From a bacterium (GTDB lineage Bacteria; Patescibacteriota; Minisyncoccia; UBA6257; 2-01-FULL-56-20), in assembly GCA_021813155.1 (NCBI GenBank), contig JAKALK010000001.1:1-48128 (forward strand): 48,128 bases of DNA, written 5' to 3'. Made by a program: the position numbers and the translations under genes. The notes under the pieces are model-generated. The model had not been told where the DNA came from and did not search any database. It saw only the letters and a list, made by a program, of their open reading frames with translations. Numbering within the stretch: the stretch's first letter is position 1; each line of letters opens with the position of its first letter. Below, in pieces: positions 1 through 8,780 of the stretch.

Positions 1-401
1 GCAAACCCATTCCCAATCGAAGCCAACTGCTTATAAAACCTCTTCTCTGAAATTTTTGACTGCTTCGCCGGATGCGTCCCGATTTTCAATGCATAGTTTT
101 CGGAATGAATTCCAAACCCGTCCAGTCCAATCGGTTCAAACACATCATATCCCTGCATCCGCTTAAACCGCCCATAAATATCCGCTCCGGTAAAAGCGTA
201 CATATTCCCGACGTGCAACCCCTCCGCCGACGGATACGGAAACATCATTAAGTTATAAAAATGCTTTCGAGCATTTTTACCCTGAGCCCGCCGAAGGGTA
301 AAAGGGCTTCCCTTGGCGAAGGAGGGCTCATAGGTTTTTTCCTTGAGCCATCGCCCCTGCCATTTTTTTTCTATCTGTTTAAAATCGTACTTTTTAGACA
401 T
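1..401 (-). CDS. leuS: leucyl-tRNA synthetase, N-terminal fragment (gene runs off the window start)
   Basis: Manual minus-strand translation from the ATG (complement of 399-401) gives MSKKYDFKQIEKKWQGRWLKEKTY...HFYNLMMFPYPSAEGLHVGNMYAFTGADIYGRFKRMQGYDVFEPIGLDGFGIHSENYA. The KQIEKKWQ..W opening and the FPYPS..LHVG (HIGH-region) block are typical of LeuRS. It is absent from the ORF track because it is truncated by the window edge. Confidence 0.8.
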   Translation of the reverse strand, partial: MSKKYDFKQIEKKWQGRWLKEKTYEPSFAKGSPFTLRRAQGKNARKHFYNLMMFPYPSAEGLHVGNMYAFTGADIYGRFKRMQGYDVFEPIGLDGFGIHSENYALKIGTHPAKQSKISEKRFYKQLASIGNGF

Positions 402-452
402 AAAAACTGAATATTGTTAGAATTTTAGCGTAAAAAATCAGCTAAAACAAAC

Positions 453-1031
453 ATGAACCCCAAAATCATTCTTGCCTCAACTTCGCCTCGCCGCAAGGAA
501 TTGCTCCAAAAAATTGGAGTTAAATTTAAAATTAAAGACAGCGACTACGAAGAAAATATGAAAGAAAATCTCCCGCCTCACGCCCTCGCCAAGAAACTCT
601 CCCGAGGCAAAGCTGAAGCGGTAGCAAAGAGACATAAAAACGCTATTATCATCGCCGCCGACACGATTGTCGTCCTCGACCAAGAAGTTATGGGCAAACC
701 CCACTCTCCAAAAGAAGCGAAAGCAATGCTCAAAAAACTTAGCGGCAAAACCAATCTTGTCATTACTGGTTTTACGGTCATTAACACCAAAACCAATAAA
801 ATCATCTCGAAGTCAATCGAAACCAAAGTCCACATGAAAAAATTAAATCCTAAAATAATAAATGCGTATGTAAAATCCAAAGAACCTCTCGACAAAGCCG
901 GCGCTTACGCCATTCAAGGCCTCGGCTCCATCTTAATCGATAAAATCGAAGGCGATTATTCAAATATTGTCGGCCTTCCCTTAGCACCCCTTGTTGTTGC
1001 TCTAAAAAAATTCGGCGTGAAAGTTCTGTAG
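453..1031 (+). CDS. maf: Maf-like nucleoside triphosphate pyrophosphatase (septum formation protein Maf)
   Basis: 192 aa. ILASTSPRRKELL, AADTIV, the GKP motif, and a C-terminal AGAYAIQG...GDYSNIVGLP block are characteristic of the Maf family. Confidence 0.9.
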   Translation: MNPKIILASTSPRRKELLQKIGVKFKIKDSDYEENMKENLPPHALAKKLSRGKAEAVAKRHKNAIIIAADTIVVLDQEVMGKPHSPKEAKAMLKKLSGKTNLVITGFTVINTKTNKIISKSIETKVHMKKLNPKIINAYVKSKEPLDKAGAYAIQGLGSILIDKIEGDYSNIVGLPLAPLVVALKKFGVKVL

Positions 1032-1033
1032 AC

Positions 1034-1099
1034 AAAAAAAGCCCACCCGAGACAAGCCCGGGCGGGTATTGAACTACCTTGCGTGATTGTTCCACGCAA
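1034..1099 (-). terminator. two hairpins downstream of the 287-aa gene (rho-independent terminator candidate)
   Basis: Hairpin 1 pairs 1042-1049 (CCCACCCG) with 1059-1066 (CGGGCGGG), 8 bp with one mismatch. On the minus strand it is followed by a T7 run (A-run 1034-1040 on plus). Hairpin 2 is TTGCGTG (1079-1085) / CACGCAA (1093-1099), a perfect 7 bp, lying 4 nt after the stop codon. Confidence 0.5.
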
Positions 1100-1103
1100 A
1101 ACT

Positions 1104-1967
1104 TCACACTAACCTTATCTCAAGCTTTTTGGAAGGCAGAGGAACCACGGTCGGCCACAGAATCGACAGAAGTCGCAGCCGGAAGTCACCAACCAACCCG
1201 GCCTGACTAAGGTTAAGCGGCCAAGGAGACACACTTGTAGTGAGGTAAGGGCCATCGAAAGATAGTCGCATTGTAACCTCTTCCTCGCCCTTAGGGGAAA
1301 ACCGAATCTCCCCGGAATCCGGTATTTCAATCTCAGGAAGAGTACCGAGAGTAGAAAGGTTTTCGAGTCGAAAGCTGGGCAACAAGAATCTCTGAATCCT
1401 GCTCAGCACAACCGTCCTGTCAAGAAAGCATTCTGCGGAGACAAAGCCGCAGAAACCAGCCGGCTCAAAACCATTGCGAGTGAAAGCTCCGTAGACAATC
1501 TTCAAAACACCAATAACATCAGGATTGTCCCCGGAACTAGCGGCAACAGCAACCTCCCTTTTCTCTTCCTCCTCTGTCGGAAACATAAACATCCGCAACC
1601 CATACCCCGACCCCGCCTCCTCCGCAAGATCCCGGAGAGGCGAGAGTAGCCCGCAGGCATCCGGATACAGGTCAATCAGCTTCTTGAGAGAATTGAAAAA
1701 ATCCTCAAAGGAAACCTCTCCTGTATTAAGAATCAGACTTGGAGAGGTCCTCATAAAAAGGCCGTCAGCTCCAAGAAATCCATTCAATTGAGCTACTAGG
1801 GCCACCTGTCTCTTGGCAAGAGGGTTAACCTGGTACAACCTGAGGTTGAACTGGCCTGCAGCTTCTCTGCCCGAAAAACCTGGCACGTCCGAAGCTGTGT
1901 AGTATGCAGCTACCTGTGCCGCAGGTTCATCTATCGGGCTTCTCCAGATCTGCCAAATTAACGCCAT
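1104..1967 (-). CDS. hypothetical protein, 287 aa, no recognisable domain; compositionally atypical
   Basis: Long ORF with a canonical SD (AGGAGGAtcacgATG, complement of 1968-1979). G+C is visibly higher than in the neighbours (hand count 37/60 for 1141-1200). It has its own hairpin terminators. I recognise no family motif. Confidence 0.6.
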   Translation of the reverse strand: MALIWQIWRSPIDEPAAQVAAYYTASDVPGFSGREAAGQFNLRLYQVNPLAKRQVALVAQLNGFLGADGLFMRTSPSLILNTGEVSFEDFFNSLKKLIDLYPDACGLLSPLRDLAEEAGSGYGLRMFMFPTEEEEKREVAVAASSGDNPDVIGVLKIVYGAFTRNGFEPAGFCGFVSAECFLDRTVVLSRIQRFLLPSFRLENLSTLGTLPEIEIPDSGEIRFSPKGEEEVTMRLSFDGPYLTTSVSPWPLNLSQAGLVGDFRLRLLSILWPTVVPLPSKKLEIRLV

Positions 1968-2051
1968 CGTGATCCTCCTAACAAGTTAGTCCGTTTCTGA
2001 CAAAGATCGGATTCCCCGATCAACTGCGCATACTCTAAAATAAAAAATGGA

Positions 2052-2945
2052 TTAAGTCAATTTAAAAATCCGTTTCGCATTCTCCCAAATCTGCTCCGCC
2101 ATTTTCTCCTCTGTTATCCCCTTAATCTCTGCCAATTTTCGAACCACATAAATCACATACGCCGGTTCATTGCGCTTGCCCCTGAAAGGCGCCGGCGTCA
2201 CGTACGGCGCATCTGTCTCGCTTAAAATCCTGTCCATCGGAATCATTTTGATAATTTCATCGTAGCTCCGGGCGAACGTGATCACTCCGCCAAGGGTAAA
2301 ATAAAACCCCATATCTAAAAGCTTTTTAGCATCCTCGATTGTACCGGTAAAAAAATGCACAATTCCAGGTTTATTATTTAATTTACTTTTATTTGCTTCG
2401 AGGATTTTAATTAGGTCCACAAACGCACTGGATGGTGAGCTCGCCGAACCACGACAATGAATCATAAGTGGCTTTTTAACATCAAACGCCAATTCAATCT
2501 GTTTAATAAAAGCATCTTCTTGTTTCTCGATTTGCTCTTCGCGATTTGTGCTTTGCTCCATACGGAAATAATCCAATCCGCACTCTCCTATCGCTACTGT
2601 TTTCGGATCAAGCGCTAGTTTTTTATAATACTCAAAATCAAACTCTTCCCCTCTAGACGTGAATCCCTTAGCATCACTACTCGAACCCAACTCATCCGCA
2701 TCGTGAAATGATTTATCAGTATGAATCGGGTGCAATCCCACTGTCGCCCACACACCCCCTGGAAACTCGCTTATGGTAAGCTTGTCAAATCCATGCGCCA
2801 CCTCCACTGCTTTCGCCGAGGTGTCTTTCTGCGTCCCCACATTTACCACTGCCACTCCGGCCTCAGTCGCCCGTCCAATTACATCTTTGTAATCATCTTT
2901 AAACGCCGCAAAGTGCGCGTGCGTATGTGCGTCGATGTATTTCAT
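2052..2945 (-). CDS. TatD-family metal-dependent hydrolase/DNase
   Basis: 297 aa. Carries IDAHTHAHF, ECGLDY, IHCR, VHFFTG and SETDAPY, the TatD metal-ligand motifs. Confidence 0.9.
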   Translation of the reverse strand: MKYIDAHTHAHFAAFKDDYKDVIGRATEAGVAVVNVGTQKDTSAKAVEVAHGFDKLTISEFPGGVWATVGLHPIHTDKSFHDADELGSSSDAKGFTSRGEEFDFEYYKKLALDPKTVAIGECGLDYFRMEQSTNREEQIEKQEDAFIKQIELAFDVKKPLMIHCRGSASSPSSAFVDLIKILEANKSKLNNKPGIVHFFTGTIEDAKKLLDMGFYFTLGGVITFARSYDEIIKMIPMDRILSETDAPYVTPAPFRGKRNEPAYVIYVVRKLAEIKGITEEKMAEQIWENAKRIFKLT

Positions 2946-3052
2946 TCTTGCTAAAAAATTTATTTCATCCTAACACACCTTTAGTCATTCGAAAAATCGG
3001 CAGAAAACTACATACAACTAGGAGGTTGTTGTGACATCACTAAAACCATTAA

Positions 3053-3099
3053 CCAAAAAACAGTACACCAAATTAAGCGATCGCGTGCTTTAGTGTACT
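3053..3099 (-). terminator. possible metG terminator hairpin
   Basis: AGTACAC (3062-3068) pairs with GTGTACT (3093-3099), a 7-bp stem around a 24-nt loop that contains the palindrome GCGATCGC. A T-run follows on the minus strand (A-run 3055-3060 on plus). The large loop makes this weak. Confidence 0.35.
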
Positions 3100-3115
3100 C
3101 AAAAACATCCCTTCA

Positions 3116-4573
3116 CTACCCGAGCCGTGGGAATAAAGATTCCCCTTTCTTAACTTCTAAATTTTTCTTATCCAGCCAATTAATTGACTTGGAAATTTTC
3201 TCCGACGTCTCCGGTAAAAATGATTTCAAAAACGCCGCCACATTATCCAAAATTACTATCAAATTCAAAATCTCTTTCTTCTTGGAATTAGCATCTTTCC
3301 AAACTTCGTGATCGTTTATATACTTATCTCCAAAAGAAATCAACTCGCTTATCGCGCCAATCGCTTCGTGCAACCTAAACGCATGAATTTTTTCATCCAT
3401 CAACCCTTTCGTTATATTAATTTTATCGCTTACCGCCGGCTCTACCAAGTCAAAATCCACTGCAAATTTCCCAAATTTAGAAGCCAAACCTAAAACTCTA
3501 GCCGCAAAGTTCCCGAGTCCATTCGCTAATTCCCCATTATAAACCCGTTCCAAATTGACAACACTAAAATCCCCATCGCCATGCGACGGCACCTCTTTAA
3601 GTAAGTAATATCGCACCGCATCCGTTCCGTATTTTTTGACTAATTCAAATGGGTCAATCACATTCCCAACCGACTTTGACATCTTCGCTCCGTCAATAGA
3701 AAGAAATCCGTGTACTAAAATCCGTTTTGGTAAAGACAGTCCGACCGAAAGGAGTATCCCCGGCCAAATCGCTGCGTGAAACCTTAAAATATCTTTCCCG
3801 ATTACTTGCGCTTCCGCCGGCCACCAATTTTTCCAATCTTCATTCCGCCCGTACCCAATTGCCGACAAATAATTAGAAAGGGCATCACACCAAACATACA
3901 TCGTATGTTCTTCATCTCCAGGCACAGGAATTCCCCACGGCAAATCCTTCCTCGGCCGGGAAAAACTCACATCCTCCAATCCTTCATTAATTAAAGCCAA
4001 AATCTCATTCTCTCGTCCTTCCGGCAAGATCAATAACTCTTTACTCTTAATTTTTTTCTCGATTTCCTTTGAGTACTTAGAAAGTTTAAAAAAATAATTC
4101 TCCTCTTCCACCACCTCCGGCTCTTTTTGGTGATCCCGACATTTTCCGTCAATTAAATCCTTTTGAGTCACGAACTTCTCACACCCCACACAATAAAGCC
4201 CTTTGTAGTTTTTTTTGTAAATATCCCCTGCTTCGAAGAGCTTTCTCCAAATCAACTGTGCTCCCGGCCAATGCCTTTCCTTGTCCGTTGTTCTGATAAA
4301 ATCATCCCAACTCAAATTAAGCACACCCTTTAACATCTTAAACTTTTCGGCAATCTCGTCGGTAAAAACTCGCGGTTCTTCTCCAGATTCCTGAGCCTTC
4401 CTGAAAACTTTTACCCCATGCTCATCGGTTCCAGTAAGATAAAAAGTTTGAAAACCTTTCTGCCTGTGGTAACGCGCCAAAACATCCGCCTGCACTTTCT
4501 CAAGCGCATGTCCTATATGCGGCGCGGCATTTGCGTAATCAATCGCCGTTGTAATGTAATATTTATTCACCAT
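3116..4573 (-). CDS. metG: methionyl-tRNA synthetase (short form, no C-terminal tRNA-binding domain)
   Basis: 485 aa. YYITTAIDYANAAPHIGH (HIGH motif), KMSKS (GAKMSKSVGNVI), and an anticodon-binding helical C-terminus. Confidence 0.95.
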   Translation of the reverse strand: MVNKYYITTAIDYANAAPHIGHALEKVQADVLARYHRQKGFQTFYLTGTDEHGVKVFRKAQESGEEPRVFTDEIAEKFKMLKGVLNLSWDDFIRTTDKERHWPGAQLIWRKLFEAGDIYKKNYKGLYCVGCEKFVTQKDLIDGKCRDHQKEPEVVEEENYFFKLSKYSKEIEKKIKSKELLILPEGRENEILALINEGLEDVSFSRPRKDLPWGIPVPGDEEHTMYVWCDALSNYLSAIGYGRNEDWKNWWPAEAQVIGKDILRFHAAIWPGILLSVGLSLPKRILVHGFLSIDGAKMSKSVGNVIDPFELVKKYGTDAVRYYLLKEVPSHGDGDFSVVNLERVYNGELANGLGNFAARVLGLASKFGKFAVDFDLVEPAVSDKINITKGLMDEKIHAFRLHEAIGAISELISFGDKYINDHEVWKDANSKKKEILNLIVILDNVAAFLKSFLPETSEKISKSINWLDKKNLEVKKGESLFPRLG

Positions 4574-4616
4574 AACCTCTCTACTTTAACTTTTACCCAT
4601 GTTTATTTCAAGAAAA

Positions 4617-5171
4617 CTAAATCTTCGCCAAAATTCCAATCACTAAAATTCCCGCTCCATTTAAAACAAAAGAAAGAGGTAAAAAAATCGCTGTTTTCAT
4701 TTTGGAAAATCCCATAAGCGCGAGCCCAATCTCATCCGGCAACGGCGAGGCCACCACTATCGCCCCCAAAAACGCCGCCACCCACCGAAACGACCGAAGC
4801 TTGAAAATTTTCCGCCATCGCCCATTTTTCTCGCAAATCAAAGCCGTAATATCTTCCGAAATTCGATCGCGGATAAATCGAAAAATAAGCAAATCCCCAA
4901 GCATCGCTCCCAAACCTCCAAAAACCGCAAGTTCCCAAAGCGGCGCGCCAGATTTCGAAAACTCCCCAATCACCGCCACTGCCGGCGCTACGGTAAACAC
5001 TGAAGTAAATAAAATGCCGGACAAAAAACTTCCTAAAAATGTCGCCCCCGAAGCGCCTGAGAACAAATTGCCAATTGCTCCGCTCGAAACTAAATTTATA
5101 GCTGCAAAAACGCTCAAAGCCACAATCGCCAAGTCCCTAATCAAGCCGCCCCTATTTTTCCTAAAAACCAT
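4617..5171 (-). CDS. small multi-pass integral membrane protein (family not recognised)
   Basis: 184 aa with 4-5 hydrophobic segments rich in G/A/L/F. Co-oriented and tightly packed between the M16 peptidase gene and metG. Confidence 0.6.
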   Translation of the reverse strand: MVFRKNRGGLIRDLAIVALSVFAAINLVSSGAIGNLFSGASGATFLGSFLSGILFTSVFTVAPAVAVIGEFSKSGAPLWELAVFGGLGAMLGDLLIFRFIRDRISEDITALICEKNGRWRKIFKLRSFRWVAAFLGAIVVASPLPDEIGLALMGFSKMKTAIFLPLSFVLNGAGILVIGILAKI

Positions 5172-5186
5172 ATGCAGATAGCAAAT

Positions 5187-6452
5187 CTAAAACCTCAAAA
5201 TTTTCCTAAAACCTTCGCTCTCCTTGTAGGGCCCAATGATCGCCAAATTAAGTTTCGAATTCTGGAAAATAAACTTTGCTACTGCCATAATCTCTTCGGC
5301 TTTTACGGCTTTCACCCGTCCAATAACCTCAATTGGTTCAATTGGTTTTTTAGTAATAATCTCTTGCCCTCCGTAGTACGATGCTAGCTCGTCTGATCCC
5401 TCGAGTCCTAAAATAAAATTTCCAATCAGATGATCCTTTGATTTTTTAAGCTCGGCATCCGGCACCACTTCCTTAGTCATCTTCACCATCTCTTCTAAAA
5501 CCGCCTTGATCACTATTTGGATTTTGCTGTGATCCACCCCTGCTGCCACCGCTAGACATCCGTGATCAAGCGTCAAGTCTGACTCTGCCCGTACATAATA
5601 CGCCGCCCCCAGTTCATCTCTAACTTTATGGAATAAACGGGAGCTCATCCCGCCGCCCAACACATTAGCTAAAACTTGAAGAGAGTAACGCCTCTTATCA
5701 AAAATATCGAAAGCCCTGACTCCCAAAACCAAATGGCTTTGATCGGATTCCTTAAACTTAACCACAAGTTCCGGCTTTATTTGTTTTTCGGTCGTTATTG
5801 GCTTCTTGGGCGCCGGCAATTTCTTCAAGTGACCAAAAGCTTCTCTGATTTGTTTTAAAACTTTCTTTTCATCAAACGCGCCTGCTACCGCCACCACCGT
5901 CTTCGGTGCCACATAATGCTTCTCCCGATAGTTCGCAAACTGATCCCGCTTAAGCTCTCGAATTACTTCTTTCCTTCCCGCAATATCCCACCCCGCCGGC
6001 TGATCTCCATATAGAAGAGAAGTGAAAACTTCATGCACTCGCCTCATCGGCGTATCTTCATACATATTTATCTCCTCGATAATCACTCCTCTCTCTTTCT
6101 CGATTTCTTCCGGAATAAAAATAGGATTTAAATACAAATCCGACACTAAATCTATCGCCTTATTTATCTTTTCTTTCTGAACCTTAGCGTAATAACCGGT
6201 GTATTGCCCACCGGTAAATGCGTTATACTCAGCACCCAAACTATCGAGCTCGTTGGCAATCATTCCAGGCTTTGGCCGATTTTTCGTACCCTTGAACATA
6301 AGATGTTCTAAAAAATGAGAGAGTCCGTTTATATTTTTCGTTTCATATTCCGACCCTGCCTCCACCAAAATCAAAACAGTGGCCGCAAGCGAACCTTTCT
6401 GGGGAACCAAAATAACCCGCAGTCCATTTTTTAGTACTAGCTTATTAAACAT
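5187..6452 (-). CDS. M16 (pitrilysin/insulinase) family zinc peptidase
   Basis: 421 aa. Inverted zinc motif HxxEH in GLSHFLEHLMFKGT, with a downstream E in the EYNAFT region. Confidence 0.85.
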   Translation of the reverse strand: MFNKLVLKNGLRVILVPQKGSLAATVLILVEAGSEYETKNINGLSHFLEHLMFKGTKNRPKPGMIANELDSLGAEYNAFTGGQYTGYYAKVQKEKINKAIDLVSDLYLNPIFIPEEIEKERGVIIEEINMYEDTPMRRVHEVFTSLLYGDQPAGWDIAGRKEVIRELKRDQFANYREKHYVAPKTVVAVAGAFDEKKVLKQIREAFGHLKKLPAPKKPITTEKQIKPELVVKFKESDQSHLVLGVRAFDIFDKRRYSLQVLANVLGGGMSSRLFHKVRDELGAAYYVRAESDLTLDHGCLAVAAGVDHSKIQIVIKAVLEEMVKMTKEVVPDAELKKSKDHLIGNFILGLEGSDELASYYGGQEIITKKPIEPIEVIGRVKAVKAEEIMAVAKFIFQNSKLNLAIIGPYKESEGFRKILRF

Positions 6453-6571
6453 TGCCCCAATTCTATCAGAAAATAATAAGTCTTACTAGCTACAAAGAAA
6501 TTCTGATTTTAGAACCTAAGACGCGAAATAAGTATAAATTCTCACAAATCAAGAAAGTCGAAAATTTTTGC

Positions 6572-8020
6572 TCAACTAGTAATCGTCTCAATATCGTCCT
6601 TAAACTTATTAGCCCTTACCACGGTCGCCTCTCCGTAAGTCCAAAGATGACGTCGCCAATTACCTCCGGCGTAATACCGCGCAGCAGCGCATCTCTCCTT
6701 GCTGGTCTGATTGGTATAACTTGAACACTGACCTAGGGCGTCTTCAAGATAAAGAGCAGTCGCTACAAAAGCATCCGCATTACGCCAAGGTGAAGCAGGA
6801 TTATTCCCTGTAATCTTGGCTACTTCCTCTTTATATAAGTTCCAAGTTGAGGGAATAAACTGGGCCGGTCCCATCGCTCCTCCATAAGCTCCGTCCTTAT
6901 TCGCACAAGAAACCAAAGCCGCCGATGAATCTTGAGCAATACCGAGCTCCTCCAAAATTCCTAAGAAAATAGGCAAATCCCGTGTTGGATGCATTGCCGT
7001 TTTATAACTGCACTTCCCCACGTTCTTCCCTAGGGCAGACTCTCTATCTAAAACTGCCAAAATAAAAGCTGCGTCAACTCCTGTAGCCTGGCTAGCCAAT
7101 TTAGCAAATTTGTAAGCCTCTTCAAAACTCAGCTCTCCGCCACCCAGGAGTTTAAAAATACGACTCCTAATCTCTGCTGCTGTTTTCTTAGTTTCTTTTA
7201 GTAATGTCTGATATTTCGATTCTTGTCCCTTGGTTACCGTGAGAAGAGTATTTTTCTCGCCCTTCGTTTTCTCCGTTTCATTCTTCTGCGTTTCTTGATA
7301 GTCCTTAAGCGTAGCTTGATCAGCTCTAGAAAGTGCTAATTGATCCTTTTGATCCTCCAGCTGCCCTTTTAAATCAGAAATCTTCTGAATTACTCCCTGA
7401 AGATTATTTTGAAGAAGGGTAATATTGTTCAGATCATTAAAAAAATCCGAGATCTTTGAGCTCCTCAAAAAAACTTCCATCAAGCTGGCCTGTTCGTCTT
7501 CGTACAATTCTCTAAGAAGGCTTCCTAGGGCCTTCTTATTGGTTTCGATGTTACCTTCTGTCGTTGTAATTTGATACTCAGTCTCATCAATTTTTCTATC
7601 AAGTTGACTAATACTTAAGTTAATCGCTTTAATCTGTAAACTTAACTTATTTATCTTAGAATTAAGCTTATTAATCTCCCCTTTCAAAGTTTGCCCTTGC
7701 TTTTGATAGCTTCCAATTTGATTCTCATAATCATCAATTTGACCCTCCAGTCTCTTCAACTCATTTTCTAGAGCTTGACGCTCCTGATCGCTCACCCCAT
7801 TATCATTGGCAGCCAAGATAGAGGTTGTCGGCGCCGCCACCGAACCAAAAATCATAAAAACCAAAACCACCCCCGTTACCGCGGCTTTGAACACTGTAAT
7901 TACGGGGAATTTTTTCTGAACTCGATAACTTAAATTGATCCTACTAGAAATAGACCGAAAGGTATCTTTCTTATTAGATTTAATATCCTCGAGAACTTTT
8001 GGTTTCAAAATCACCGCCAT
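6572..8020 (-). CDS. membrane-anchored coiled-coil protein with a C-terminal lytic murein transglycosylase-like (SLT_2/MltB-like) domain
   Basis: 482 aa. One N-terminal TM segment (FPVITVFKAAVTGVVLVFMIFGSVAA). About 200 aa of heptad-like Q/E/K/L-rich sequence follows. The C-terminus carries AAFILAVLDRESALG...GGAMGPAQFIPSTW, resembling the MltB-type catalytic region. Confidence 0.65.
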   Translation of the reverse strand: MAVILKPKVLEDIKSNKKDTFRSISSRINLSYRVQKKFPVITVFKAAVTGVVLVFMIFGSVAAPTTSILAANDNGVSDQERQALENELKRLEGQIDDYENQIGSYQKQGQTLKGEINKLNSKINKLSLQIKAINLSISQLDRKIDETEYQITTTEGNIETNKKALGSLLRELYEDEQASLMEVFLRSSKISDFFNDLNNITLLQNNLQGVIQKISDLKGQLEDQKDQLALSRADQATLKDYQETQKNETEKTKGEKNTLLTVTKGQESKYQTLLKETKKTAAEIRSRIFKLLGGGELSFEEAYKFAKLASQATGVDAAFILAVLDRESALGKNVGKCSYKTAMHPTRDLPIFLGILEELGIAQDSSAALVSCANKDGAYGGAMGPAQFIPSTWNLYKEEVAKITGNNPASPWRNADAFVATALYLEDALGQCSSYTNQTSKERCAAARYYAGGNWRRHLWTYGEATVVRANKFKDDIETITS

Positions 8021-8063
8021 TTCCCTTGGACTCTATTTTACCAAAAAAGCCCTAAAAGCCTAA

Positions 8064-8720
8064 TTAGTTAGCCTTTTCGTTCGATTTTTCCTTTTCTTGA
8101 GCCCTCTCAACTTTTTTCTCTTCTGTCTCCACCTTAACCGCAGAAACATCGGCCGACGCCTGAACTTCTTCTTCCTTCTGTGGCGGCATTGCCGTCACCA
8201 CCACAGTCATCGGTTCAATCAAAAGTTTAACTTTATCAGGTATCCGAAGATCGCGAGCGTAAACACTATCATCTAAGTTTTTAAGCAACCCCAGATCTAC
8301 CTGAATACGATGCGGCAAGTCAGCCGGCAAAGCCTCCACTTCGATTTCAGTCATAGCTTTGTTAATAACCGCGCCCTGTTCTTTCACCGCCGATGCTTCA
8401 CCAAAGAACTCCAACGGCACGTGAGTTATAATCTTTTCGTCCATCTTAACGCGATAGAAATCAATGTGGGCAAACCTACCATTTAGAGGATCTCGTTGAG
8501 CCGCATAAATCAAAACCGGCCATTCCTCAGAGCCAAGAACTAGGTTAACAATGGTACTCTCCCCGGCTTCCCCGAAAATCTTAAGAAAGTCTTTCTCTAA
8601 AACAGTCACGTGTTGGTTTTTAAAACCGTGCCCATAAACCTCAGCCGGTATAAATCCACTATCTCGAAGTGCCCCAACCGATTTTCCAAATTTTTCCCTT
8701 TTTTGAACAACTAAATTCAT
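8064..8720 (-). CDS. rplY: 50S ribosomal protein L25 / general stress protein Ctc form
   Basis: 218 aa. LRDSGFIPAEVYGHG...V, IDFYRV, and an acidic/lysine-rich C-terminal tail typical of the long Ctc form. Confidence 0.85.
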   Translation of the reverse strand: MNLVVQKREKFGKSVGALRDSGFIPAEVYGHGFKNQHVTVLEKDFLKIFGEAGESTIVNLVLGSEEWPVLIYAAQRDPLNGRFAHIDFYRVKMDEKIITHVPLEFFGEASAVKEQGAVINKAMTEIEVEALPADLPHRIQVDLGLLKNLDDSVYARDLRIPDKVKLLIEPMTVVVTAMPPQKEEEVQASADVSAVKVETEEKKVERAQEKEKSNEKAN

Positions 8721-8780
8721 AGTCTTATTAGAGGGGCATCATAGCAAATCAAGAAAAAAATATCAACTGCCACTCAAAAA

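Noticed and set aside
1088-1102. TGTTCCACGCAAAAC resembles the parS consensus (TGTTTCACGTGAAACA). This was intriguing because an orphan ParB-like gene is in the window.
   Set aside because: It is not a 16-bp palindrome; only the left half matches. It is simply the loop and 3' arm of the 7-bp terminator hairpin after the 287-aa gene, and it lies 41 kb from the ParB-like gene.
3031-3093. A 20-codon plus-strand sORF (GTG start, MTSLKPLTKKQYTKLSDRVL) preceded by a strong SD-like ctAGGAGGttgtt, lying between tatD and metG.
   Set aside because: AGGAGG followed by some start codon is expected several times by chance in 96 kb of two-strand sequence. The sORF also overlaps the inverted repeat that looks like the metG terminator. 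There is no supporting conservation evidence.
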